Of a stretch of DNA of 64,000 bases, positions 39,934 to 47,226 are shown one piece after another. The notes beneath the pieces were generated by a model. It saw only the letters and a program-made list of their open reading frames with translations, was not told the DNA's origin and searched no databases. Source of the stretch: a virus. The position numbers and the translations under genes are program-made. Each line of letters starts with the position of its first letter. Positions within the stretch are counted from its first letter, which is position 1. The DNA lies in the IMG/VR virus record IMGVR_UViG_3300031957_002938, positions 1 through 64,000 of that record; one strand, written 5' to 3'.

Positions 39934-40125
39934 ATGATAAATCGAATCGATCAAATCCTAGCAAACCTAAACTGTGCCGCTGTAGATGGCGGCTTCTGCC
40001 TCTTTGTAAAGGATGGGGAAATTGTAGCCAAGGATCTTCTCTCCGAGGAGCCTCTTGAGTTTAATATCAGATTCGTTGGAACTGACATCTCTGACATCGA
40101 AGCAAAACCACTCACCAAAAAGTAA
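39934..40125 (+). CDS. Early hypothetical protein (start ATG 39934, MINRID)
   Basis: Translationally coupled to its neighbours. Confidence 0.65.
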   Translation: MINRIDQILANLNCAAVDGGFCLFVKDGEIVAKDLLSEEPLEFNIRFVGTDISDIEAKPLTKK

Positions 40126-40126
40126 C

Positions 40127-40501
40127 ATGGGACTAGACCAATACGCAAAAAAAGTAAAGAGGAGATACAATCACGAAACCCTCACGGAGACAATCGTCAA
40201 AACTGAAATAGGTTACTGGCGCAAGCATCACGCACTAGAGTCTTATATGGCTGAACTATACAGCACTAAGACATATGATACAGGAGAGTTTAACCTTAAA
40301 ACTCTTAATCTTGACTCTGATGACTTGGATACCTTGGAAATGGTAATTAAAAAAAGTTTGTTACCTAAAACAGTATGGGGAGGGGTCAAGGATTGCACTG
40401 AAGATAATGACGAATATAAAGAAACTGATCTTGAGTTTATAACTAAAGCAAGAAAATGTCTCGCCAAAGGTTTCGAGGTGCAATATACATCTTGGTGGTA
40501 A
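40127..40501 (+). CDS. Conserved phage hypothetical protein (MGLDxY...YWRK...SWW family)
   Basis: MGLDQY start, EIGYWRKHHAL, C-terminal YTSWW. Confidence 0.75.
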   Translation: MGLDQYAKKVKRRYNHETLTETIVKTEIGYWRKHHALESYMAELYSTKTYDTGEFNLKTLNLDSDDLDTLEMVIKKSLLPKTVWGGVKDCTEDNDEYKETDLEFITKARKCLAKGFEVQYTSWW

Positions 40502-40562
40502 AGACTTAAAAAAAAAGTAATAAAACGCTTGCGCCCTCATAGGATCGGGGTATACTAATAGC

Positions 40563-40769
40563 ATGACAGTTCAAAATCCAATAGGCGACTTACAACCAAT
40601 GAATGAAACCGATCTCCGCGAAATGCTCGACGACGGGCCTCGCGCTGGCAACTGGAATCCCACACCCGACGAGGTGCAGGAGGCGCTAGCGCAGATCCAC
40701 GCCGACATGGGTGACCGCGACCCTAACTGGTCATCGGAGGTTGAGGATCAAGACGAGATCCCGATGTAA
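40563..40769 (+). CDS. Early acidic hypothetical protein
   Basis: Promoter TTGCGC-N16-TATACT-N6-ATG. Confidence 0.7.
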   Translation: MTVQNPIGDLQPMNETDLREMLDDGPRAGNWNPTPDEVQEALAQIHADMGDRDPNWSSEVEDQDEIPM

Positions 40770-40772
40770 GCT

Positions 40773-40849
40773 GTAACTCCCTAAGTCTCAACGACTTAGG
40801 GGGGCGCGGCCCCCGCCCACTCGTAACTCGTTGATACTCAACAGGTTAT
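40773..40849 (+). repeat. 77-bp bipartite palindromic element, copy 2
   Basis: Same 27+23+27 architecture; starts 4 nt after a stop codon. Confidence 0.92.
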
Positions 40850-40922
40850 GAAGCAAAAATAAAAATGCATTTAAATGCAAAAAAAAGGTTGCAATCTCTA
40901 TTTGTTGTGATATACTACGTCC

Positions 40923-41297
40923 ATGAAGTTGAAATTCCCCAAACTCTGGAGCAAAAAAAACAACAAATTACCACTTGACCTAACCCCACTTATCGGTTAT
41001 ACTACTCTCATGAATAAAACAACACACATCCTCAACACAGGTCCACACAACGACCTTCCTTCCAACCCTATCGAACTCGCCTCTGCTTTGACTGGCAAAA
41101 CTTTGGTATACAATGCTATCAAGTCCACCGTTAAAAGTAATAACACTAGAGTGTTTAAAGTTCAAAAGGTTGATGACGTATATACTTCAAACTCTACTGG
41201 TGAGAAGTGCGTGACTGTTTGGGCTAACGACATCGATAGAGATGGAGAACTTGTCCCTCGCACTTTGCACGTTCACGGTATCAAATCAATTTCCTAA
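40923..41297 (+). CDS. Early hypothetical protein (alternative in-frame start 41010)
   Basis: Two leaderless promoters, one before ATG 40923 and one before ATG 41010. Confidence 0.7.
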   Translation: MKLKFPKLWSKKNNKLPLDLTPLIGYTTLMNKTTHILNTGPHNDLPSNPIELASALTGKTLVYNAIKSTVKSNNTRVFKVQKVDDVYTSNSTGEKCVTVWANDIDRDGELVPRTLHVHGIKSIS

Positions 41298-41410
41298 TGG
41301 GGGAAGTGTGTGGTGGGGGGTGGTCTGCTGAAAGTAAAAGTATGTAGGCGGCTGCCCCCCATTTCCCTAAAAAAACTTTACAAACAATAAACAATAAACT
41401 ATACTAACCC

Positions 41411-41629
41411 ATGTCAAAATCACCTGAATCAATTCGTATCGAAGTCCAAAATAAAGATCAAGCTATCTTGCTTCAACACGCCTTACGTATCGTTCATCAA
41501 GACCTCGCCTCATATATGGGAGAGGTGCAAGATGACAAGTTCGAAAATTTTGTGGATAATGTGAAATGGACGCGTAAGCATCTAACTTCATTAGACAAAA
41601 AGTTTTCTTTGACTGCTAGCGAGTCTTAG
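41411..41629 (+). CDS. Early hypothetical protein
   Basis: Promoter TTTACA-N17-TATACT-N5-ATG. Confidence 0.7.
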   Translation: MSKSPESIRIEVQNKDQAILLQHALRIVHQDLASYMGEVQDDKFENFVDNVKWTRKHLTSLDKKFSLTASES

Positions 41630-41755
41630 AAAATCGGTGGTAACAGTGACCAACTCTTAATTGACTGGCACTCGTCAACAAGCCGACCCTCTCCTGTTTT
41701 TTCAGCGCAGTCTAATTAGTGGGAGGGGGAACCAATTTTCTTTTGGACATATCTA

Positions 41756-41793
41756 CCTCGTCCCCTTCTGTCATGGGGGGCGGGGTTTTCCTT
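41756..41793 (+). terminator. Rho-independent terminator
   Basis: CCTCGTCCCCT...GGGGGGCGGGG-TTTT. Confidence 0.65.
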
Positions 41794-41794
41794 T

Positions 41795-41871
41795 GTAACT
41801 CACTGATACTTAGGGGGTTACGAGGCAGCGGCCCCCCGCGCCGTGTAACTCGTTGATACTCAATGACTTAC
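41795..41871 (+). repeat. 77-bp bipartite palindromic element, copy 3
   Basis: gtaactcactga-tac-ttagggggttac, 23-bp GC spacer, gtaactcgttga-tac-tcaatgacttac. Confidence 0.92.
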
Positions 41872-42011
41872 GAGGCAAAAATAAGCACACTTTTCTAGGT
41901 CTGTCAAGCATTTATTCTAACTATTTTGTCAAGAACTATTTTACCCAAAAAAGATTCAAATTAAATGCAGAAAGTTATTGCAATCCGTCTCATTCTCGCT
42001 ATACTTCTTGC

Positions 42012-42866
42012 ATGAGCTTAATCCTAGCTAAAAACAAAGTAAGTCGCGAGCAACTCGCGGCTGTCGATTCAGACACAGGTCTGTTTCTCGAAGGATTCGG
42101 TGAAAACGGAGTAGCTAAAAGGACTCCTGATTCCACCGATACCCACACACCAATCGCTCACTCGCTTCTCGTTGATGAAGCGCACAAGGCATTGGATCGG
42201 TTCGGCTTCGCAGTCGAAGAAGAAGAACACGCTCTCGCGTGTGCAGGTGACCAATACTTTGGCGGCTTTGCCATCAAAGGTCAAGATATCGAAGCTGCTG
42301 ACCGCCGTTTGGTTGTCGGTCTTCGCAACTCGCATAACAAGCGTTTTTCCGCTTCGGTTTGCATCGGCAACCAAATGATGGTTTGTGAAAACCTTTGTTT
42401 CTCTTCTGATGTAAAGCTTGCTCGCAAGCATACAAAATACATCGTCGGGGATCTTTCGCGCCTCCTTTCGGATGCAATCTCTAGTGTCGTCGAGCATTGG
42501 TCCGACATGGGCGACCGCATCAAAGCCTACAAGGCTACAGAGGTCGCTTCTAATCGCGTTGCCGACTTGGTTGTAGACTTGGTTGATGCCAAGGCCGTTG
42601 CTAAAGGTCGCATCTACGATGTTGTCGAAGAGTTTCGCAACCCTCGTCACGACGAGTTCAAAGGCGGCTCTCTCTGGACTCTCTACAATGGGATCACAGA
42701 GAATCTCAAGGGCAACGATATGACTTTGTTGTCAAATCGGACTCGCAAGATTCAAGGAATCTTTGACAGGGTAGCGGGTCACACCTCGCTCGCGCAAATC
42801 GAAGCGGCTAAAAAAGCCGCCGAGGAAGCCGCGAAAGAGGCCGAGATGGTCGCGCTTCCCGCGTAG
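42012..42866 (+). CDS. DUF932-family protein (true start ATG 42012, MSLILAKN)
   Basis: THTPIAH, GLRNSHNK..S...G..MMVCENL, RKHT and SLWTLYNGITE motifs; leaderless promoter. Confidence 0.8.
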   Translation: MSLILAKNKVSREQLAAVDSDTGLFLEGFGENGVAKRTPDSTDTHTPIAHSLLVDEAHKALDRFGFAVEEEEHALACAGDQYFGGFAIKGQDIEAADRRLVVGLRNSHNKRFSASVCIGNQMMVCENLCFSSDVKLARKHTKYIVGDLSRLLSDAISSVVEHWSDMGDRIKAYKATEVASNRVADLVVDLVDAKAVAKGRIYDVVEEFRNPRHDEFKGGSLWTLYNGITENLKGNDMTLLSNRTRKIQGIFDRVAGHTSLAQIEAAKKAAEEAAKEAEMVALPA

Positions 42867-42880
42867 GTAAACCCATCACA

Positions 42881-42910
42881 GCCCGTCCCCGAGAGGGGGC
42901 GGGTTTTTTT
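42881..42910 (+). terminator. Rho-independent terminator
   Basis: GCCCGTCCCC-GAGA-GGGGGCGGG-T7. Confidence 0.85.
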
Positions 42911-42959
42911 GTGCTTTCTTAAAACTTTTTTCTTGACACGCATTAAAGTAATAACCTTC

Positions 42960-43036
42960 GTAACTCGTTGGTTATCAATGAGTTAGGCGGCGCGGGGGGC
43001 CGCGCCCTCGTAACCCCTTGACTATCAACGTGTTAC
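42960..43036 (-). repeat. 77-bp bipartite palindromic element, copy 4 (inverted)
   Basis: Spacer gcggcgcggggggccgcgccctc is the reverse complement of the type in copies 1-3; arm centres tta/cta. Confidence 0.92.
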
Positions 43037-43095
43037 AACTGAAAATAAATGCAATTAAATTTGACAACGGTTTGCCCCCGTGCTATATTTAAGCC

Positions 43096-43332
43096 ATGAC
43101 ACCACCGAGACTAACCACAGAATCTTTTTCTATTTGCTATTATGATGGCAATACTGGAGAAGTAATAGAGCTTAAAACTTATCTTAATAACACTGGCCGA
43201 GTAATAGATACTTTGGAAATGGCTGTTGACAGCAAGCCCGAGTATGATGGACTTGTGCTATGGGATATAAACACTGTGAAAGAAGCAGATGACGACAGGA
43301 AACACATTGCAAAAAAAGTTTACCACAAGTAA
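43096..43332 (+). CDS. Early hypothetical protein
   Basis: Promoter TTGACA-N17-TATATT-N6-ATG. Confidence 0.75.
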   Translation: MTPPRLTTESFSICYYDGNTGEVIELKTYLNNTGRVIDTLEMAVDSKPEYDGLVLWDINTVKEADDDRKHIAKKVYHK

Positions 43333-43397
43333 ATTAATTTAATTAATTTTAATTAAAAAAAATTGACAAACCGAGCGAGTCTTGTATACTAATGCTC

Positions 43398-44084
43398 ATG
43401 TCAAACCTACTTAATTCAGGAAACTATAAAACGAGTAAGGGCGAAAAGTATGGTTGGAAAACCTATGGCTTGCACCTTGCACCCTTTAACTTATCAGGAA
43501 AAAATGTTTGCTCTTCTGCTTCTGTTGGTTGTTCTACTGCTTGCCTCAATACTGCTGGTCGTGGATCAATGCATTCAGTTCAAGATGCCCGAGTTAAAAA
43601 AACACAGAGGTTTTTCGAGGATCGGGTTGAATTCTTATCGCAGCTATTCAAGGAAATCAAAAGCTCGGTCAAGAGCGCGGCGAAGAAACAAATAAACTCT
43701 TGTTTCAGGCTTAATCTCACAAGCGACTTGCCTTGGGAGAATATGGTGGTCAAACACTTTCCAGATTCTCAATTCTACGACTACACAAAACACTTAAAAA
43801 GATTCGTTGCATACTTAGAGGGAAAGCTCCCTGACAATTACCATCTTACTTACTCCAGGGATGAAACAACGCCCGATACATTAGTTCAAAGCTTGTGTGC
43901 AAGTGGTGGAAACGTCGCTGTCGTTTTCCGAGGAAGTCTCCCAAAGACATGGCTTGGAATCGAAGTGATCGATGGCGACGATTCAGACTTGCGCTTTAAA
44001 GATGGCAACGGTAAAATTGTTGGGTTGCTAGAGAAAGGTCTTGCTAAGAAAGATGAAACTGGATTCGTAGTAGAGCCATGTTAA
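43398..44084 (+). CDS. Gene product 88 (GP88)-like, radical-SAM-related protein
   Basis: C-x6-C-x3-C (CSSASVGCSTACL), RLNLTSD, FYDYTK, NYHLTYS, GDDSDLRF. Confidence 0.75.
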   Translation: MSNLLNSGNYKTSKGEKYGWKTYGLHLAPFNLSGKNVCSSASVGCSTACLNTAGRGSMHSVQDARVKKTQRFFEDRVEFLSQLFKEIKSSVKSAAKKQINSCFRLNLTSDLPWENMVVKHFPDSQFYDYTKHLKRFVAYLEGKLPDNYHLTYSRDETTPDTLVQSLCASGGNVAVVFRGSLPKTWLGIEVIDGDDSDLRFKDGNGKIVGLLEKGLAKKDETGFVVEPC

Positions 44085-44161
44085 TAGATCCTCACTGGTT
44101 TATAATAATGATGACTTTACTTTTAACCCTTTGCTGCTATAGAAAACGAGAGTAATAAGAT

Positions 44162-44344
44162 ATGACAATAGAAGTAACACAAAAAGAAGTTTATGGAAAC
44201 ACCCTCACCTATGTGGCAGATGAATCCATAAGGAACTCCATAAAGAAACTAACGGGAAGAAAAACCTTGACAGACTATGACATCGAAGCTCTTAAAGAGC
44301 TAGGCTTTGTCTTAGTGCTTAAGCAAATGACCGTTGCTATCTAA
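44162..44344 (+). CDS. Small phage hypothetical protein
   Basis: KEVYGN...KLTGRKTLT...LKELG pattern. Confidence 0.7.
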   Translation: MTIEVTQKEVYGNTLTYVADESIRNSIKKLTGRKTLTDYDIEALKELGFVLVLKQMTVAI

Positions 44345-44351
44345 AACCCCC

Positions 44352-44428
44352 GTAACTCCTTGAGTATCAAGGGGTTAGAGGGCGCGGGGGGGCGCTCCCG
44401 CCTAACTCGTTGAGTATCAGTGACTTAC
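44352..44428 (-). repeat. 77-bp bipartite palindromic element, copy 5 (inverted)
   Basis: gtaactccttga-gta-tcaaggggttag, G-run spacer, ctaactcgttga-gta-tcagtgacttac. Confidence 0.92.
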
Positions 44429-44453
44429 AAGGCGAATCTTTATGAATGCACAC

Positions 44454-44479
44454 AAAAAAACCCGCATTGCTGCGGGTTT
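44454..44479. terminator. Terminator at the convergence of early (+) and accessory (-) transcription
   Basis: A7-CCCGCA-TTGC-TGCGGG-TTT. Confidence 0.75.
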
Positions 44480-44524
44480 GGTTATTTATTTGATCTTATT
44501 TGATCTGGTATTATAGTTATTTAG

Positions 44525-45007
44525 TCAAGATCTCACGACCTGCAACTTACCATATGTTTCTTTCTTTCTACCTCTCATCCACATACAATCCCAACGCTGT
44601 CTTCGAGGTTTGCGGTGGTAGTATCGATAGACCTCACCTGTTTCTTTATTAATGAGTTTATATTTACCCTTGATTGTTTTTACATTGCCCCCGTTATCTT
44701 CTGATTTATAACACCTCTCTGGTCTGGCCCCGACCTTCCGACACATACGTTTCCATACAAAGTCATGCCCATGTCCTGGGCCTGTAAGTGCGTGGGCGAT
44801 TTCATGGAGAACAACATCTTTTGTTTCTTCGAGAGTATTAATACTTGCGAGTTTCTTCGTAATACCAATCTCCTTACTTCCGTATCGGCACTGCCCGTAT
44901 CTTCGAACAGCTCTAGTATCCCATACAAACTTCCAATCAGATATGCCCCACTTGTCCATCTCTTCTAATGCGAACAGTTTTACTTGGTGTAATTTAATTA
45001 AGTCCAT
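44525..45007 (-). CDS. SprT-like zinc metalloprotease
   Basis: RRYGQC, VLHEIAHAL, GHGHDFVWK...GARP. Confidence 0.85.
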   Translation of the reverse strand: MDLIKLHQVKLFALEEMDKWGISDWKFVWDTRAVRRYGQCRYGSKEIGITKKLASINTLEETKDVVLHEIAHALTGPGHGHDFVWKRMCRKVGARPERCYKSEDNGGNVKTIKGKYKLINKETGEVYRYYHRKPRRQRWDCMWMRGRKKETYGKLQVVRS

Positions 45008-45056
45008 TTTCTTAAGGTCTGTATAAACAATAATATTAATAGTAATAAGACTTCAA

Positions 45057-45341
45057 TCACTGGTTGTGGATATGTTCGATGTGCTTCTCAACATACTGCT
45101 CGAAGTCTCCTATATTGTTTAGGTGCTTGCGCCTCTCATCATATGCCATAGAGAAAGCATCAACATCCACAGCTTCCAGATCTTGGATATAATAATCTCT
45201 GCCGTGGAATTCACAAGAACTAATAGCTTCCCTTAATTCATTAATAGCAGATAGGATTCGAACATTTCCCTCCAATAACGATTCTTTTGAAGTGCCATTA
45301 AGGTGAACTGTCGGTAGTGGATACTCTTTTGTTTCAGTCAT
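45057..45341 (-). CDS. Phage hypothetical protein (start ATG 45341)
   Basis: PTVHLNGTS, HGRDYY motifs; leaderless promoter TTGACT-N17-TAGTAT-N6-ATG. Confidence 0.7.
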   Translation of the reverse strand: MTETKEYPLPTVHLNGTSKESLLEGNVRILSAINELREAISSCEFHGRDYYIQDLEAVDVDAFSMAYDERRKHLNNIGDFEQYVEKHIEHIHNQ

Positions 45342-45570
45342 GTGCATATACTACTACCACCTACGGTGGTAGTCAAGAAATAAAAAGAAAAAAAATTAAA
45401 TTTAATTCAAAACCCAAAACAGATCAAATTCGTTCGCGATTGGATATCACGGCATCAACATCATTATTAAGCGTTATATGCCGCGACCTGCATTATTTAG
45501 TTATTTACGTTTGATCCTACGACCTGGGCCTTCTTGTTTATTTAGATTATTTGAATTGAACTGGGCAATC

Positions 45571-45644
45571 TAGGTGCGGTGGGATTCGAACCCACACTTT
45601 ACGGATTTTAAGTCCGTTGCCTCTGCCAGTTGGGCTACGCACCC
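45571..45644 (-). tRNA. tRNA-Leu(TAA), short variable loop, no encoded CCA
   Basis: GGGTGCG acceptor, D-arm with TGG, anticodon arm ACGGA-CTTAAAA-TCCGT, GTGGGTTCGAATCCCAC T-arm, A discriminator. Confidence 0.9.
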
Positions 45645-45945
45645 TAGCCATCAGACCAGTAATCGTCTATGTCTTCGTCTCTATGTGATGTTTTCTCTCC
45701 CCTACTAAAAGCAAGTAAAACAAAAGAAAAAAAGAGAATAATTGTCCCCCAAGGGGTTCCGTCTTCCATAAACTATTTAAAAATAATAAAAATGTTATTT
45801 AATTAATTAAAAAGGGTAGGTTGAAAGCTATCCTGCTAATAAAGATTAATCCTTATGTTTACAGTATATTCTTTTATATTCTCCCCTATATGTATCTTAT
45901 GCTGTGAGTGATTGTAAATGCGTGAAAGAAGAGGTGTTTTTATAA

Positions 45946-46158
45946 TTACAAACGGCGATTGAATAAATCTATATTCTTAGCGTTGGAATACTTGTTATTA
46001 TATTCTACTAGTTCTTTTACTCTGTATATCTCCCCTAGAGTCTCTTTAGTCCTACCAGAATTGTCTACCTGACGTAGTGCTATGAGATCTGCTTCAGCAG
46101 ATGATAGGACGTTGAAAAGCTCTCTGATAAGCTCATCGGGGGATTGATACTCACTCAT
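45946..46158 (-). CDS. Hypothetical protein
   Basis: Co-oriented ORF in a minus-strand operon. Confidence 0.55.
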   Translation of the reverse strand: MSEYQSPDELIRELFNVLSSAEADLIALRQVDNSGRTKETLGEIYRVKELVEYNNKYSNAKNIDLFNRRL

Positions 46159-46170
46159 TGTCGATCTGAA

Positions 46171-46473
46171 TTAATCATTAATAAGAATAATAATCTTACC
46201 CCGATTCTTTTTGAGTGTTACTGTATCTCCTGCCTCTGCTTGATGTTTTAGCTTGGTAATAGAGATTCTCTTATCTCCTCTGGTCTTAGCCTTATAGAAG
46301 GTCACCTTGGCTTCTGTCCCATCAGGATACTTACCCGATACTAGATGCTTGGCTCCACTCTCTGCTTCTGAATAATCAAAAGAGAATTGCTTGGCTAGTT
46401 CACAAACTGATTTGTTTGCGTCTATGATGCTCTTGTTGAGCATGGTGTCTGTTATGTTAATGGTTGCTTTCAT
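46171..46473 (-). CDS. Hypothetical protein
   Basis: ITDTMLNKSIIDA...RGDKRISI; co-oriented. Confidence 0.6.
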   Translation of the reverse strand: MKATINITDTMLNKSIIDANKSVCELAKQFSFDYSEAESGAKHLVSGKYPDGTEAKVTFYKAKTRGDKRISITKLKHQAEAGDTVTLKKNRGKIIILIND

Positions 46474-46476
46474 AAA

Positions 46477-46752
46477 TTAATTAATCTCGTAAACTGATGT
46501 TATTGTCTCTATCTCATGATCTGGGTTGTCACTGCCATCCCAAGTCTTTCCTACTAAATCGTTATCTTCTGACAACTCTTCTTTCTCGAAGTAATAAGAA
46601 ATAGTGCCATCCATAGCAACTAAATCTAAATCTTCTACTTTATCGTGGTCGAAGTTCTTAATGTCTTCTGAAAATTTATCATCCCCCAACCAACAAACAG
46701 TTGTAGCATATCCTGTCTTATCTATTACTGTGATTATCTTGCTCTTCTGCAT
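46477..46752 (-). CDS. Acidic hypothetical protein
   Basis: Co-oriented ORF. Confidence 0.55.
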   Translation of the reverse strand: MQKSKIITVIDKTGYATTVCWLGDDKFSEDIKNFDHDKVEDLDLVAMDGTISYYFEKEELSEDNDLVGKTWDGSDNPDHEIETITSVYEIN

Positions 46753-46909
46753 TTTCTGTTTCTATGTTACTATCTGCTAGTATCTGGTCTTCTGTCCCTA
46801 ACAATTCTGTGAGAACTAGGCTTTCTGCCCTGTTACAAGCATCTGTATTGTTTCCTGCTACCACTCGCACATCTTGAGTTACGGTGACTTTTACTGTATA
46901 CCATTTCAT
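46718..46909 (-). CDS. Hypothetical protein
   Basis: ATGA overlap with the upstream gene. Confidence 0.55.
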   Translation of the reverse strand: MKWYTVKVTVTQDVRVVAGNNTDACNRAESLVLTELLGTEDQILADSNIETENAEEQDNHSNR

Positions 46910-47226
46910 TTGCCGCTAATATACCTCTTGTATTCTGCTTTGACAAGTGGAATAACCATATAATCCACAATTCTTACTAAAGCCTCTTCTGTATTATCGC
47001 AGTCGAGAATGTTAGATAAACCGCCGACTCCTAAAGCTGCATGATGAGCTTCATGAATCAAAGTATCTAACTGCTCCTCTGGACTAAGACCTTTTCTGAT
47101 TGCAATAACCCTCTTATCAAAATCCATTTGCCCGAAATCATCCATCTCTTTGAAGACAACTTTGAACTTCATCCCTCCCACGGTTATCGTGGAAGGGGGC
47201 TTGTAAATCTTTTTTCTTTGGGCCAT
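46906..47226 (-). CDS. Small HExxH metallopeptidase-like protein
   Basis: FGQMD...I.I...DTLIHEAHHA...EEALV. Confidence 0.7.
   Translation of the reverse strand: MAQRKKIYKPPSTITVGGMKFKVVFKEMDDFGQMDFDKRVIAIRKGLSPEEQLDTLIHEAHHAALGVGGLSNILDCDNTEEALVRIVDYMVIPLVKAEYKRYISGK

Larger units (their letters stand above)
37570..43390 (+). promoter_or_regulatory. Series of about 15 sigma70-type early promoters, each directly before an ATG (leaderless)
   Basis: TTGACA-like -35, N16-17, TATACT-like -10 at 37593, 37889, 38088, 38345, 38598, 38809, 39113, 39747, 40551, 40911, 40998, 41400, 42000, 43084, 43385; ATG 5-9 nt later. Confidence 0.85.

Noticed and set aside
41853-42011. N-terminal extension of the DUF932 ORF as given in the track
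   Set aside because: It overlaps element copy 3 and the promoter; the leaderless ATG at 42012 is the better start
39501-44428. 77-bp elements as a CRISPR array
   Set aside because: Only two repeats per locus; the 23-bp spacers resemble each other instead of being unique; loci are over 1 kb apart; no cas genes in the window
39501-44428. 77-bp elements as integron attC sites (TAAC...GTTA ends, GTTAGGC and GCCTAAC present)
   Set aside because: They do not follow every gene, occur in both orientations, have fixed length, and no IntI-like integrase is seen; the resemblance is only partial
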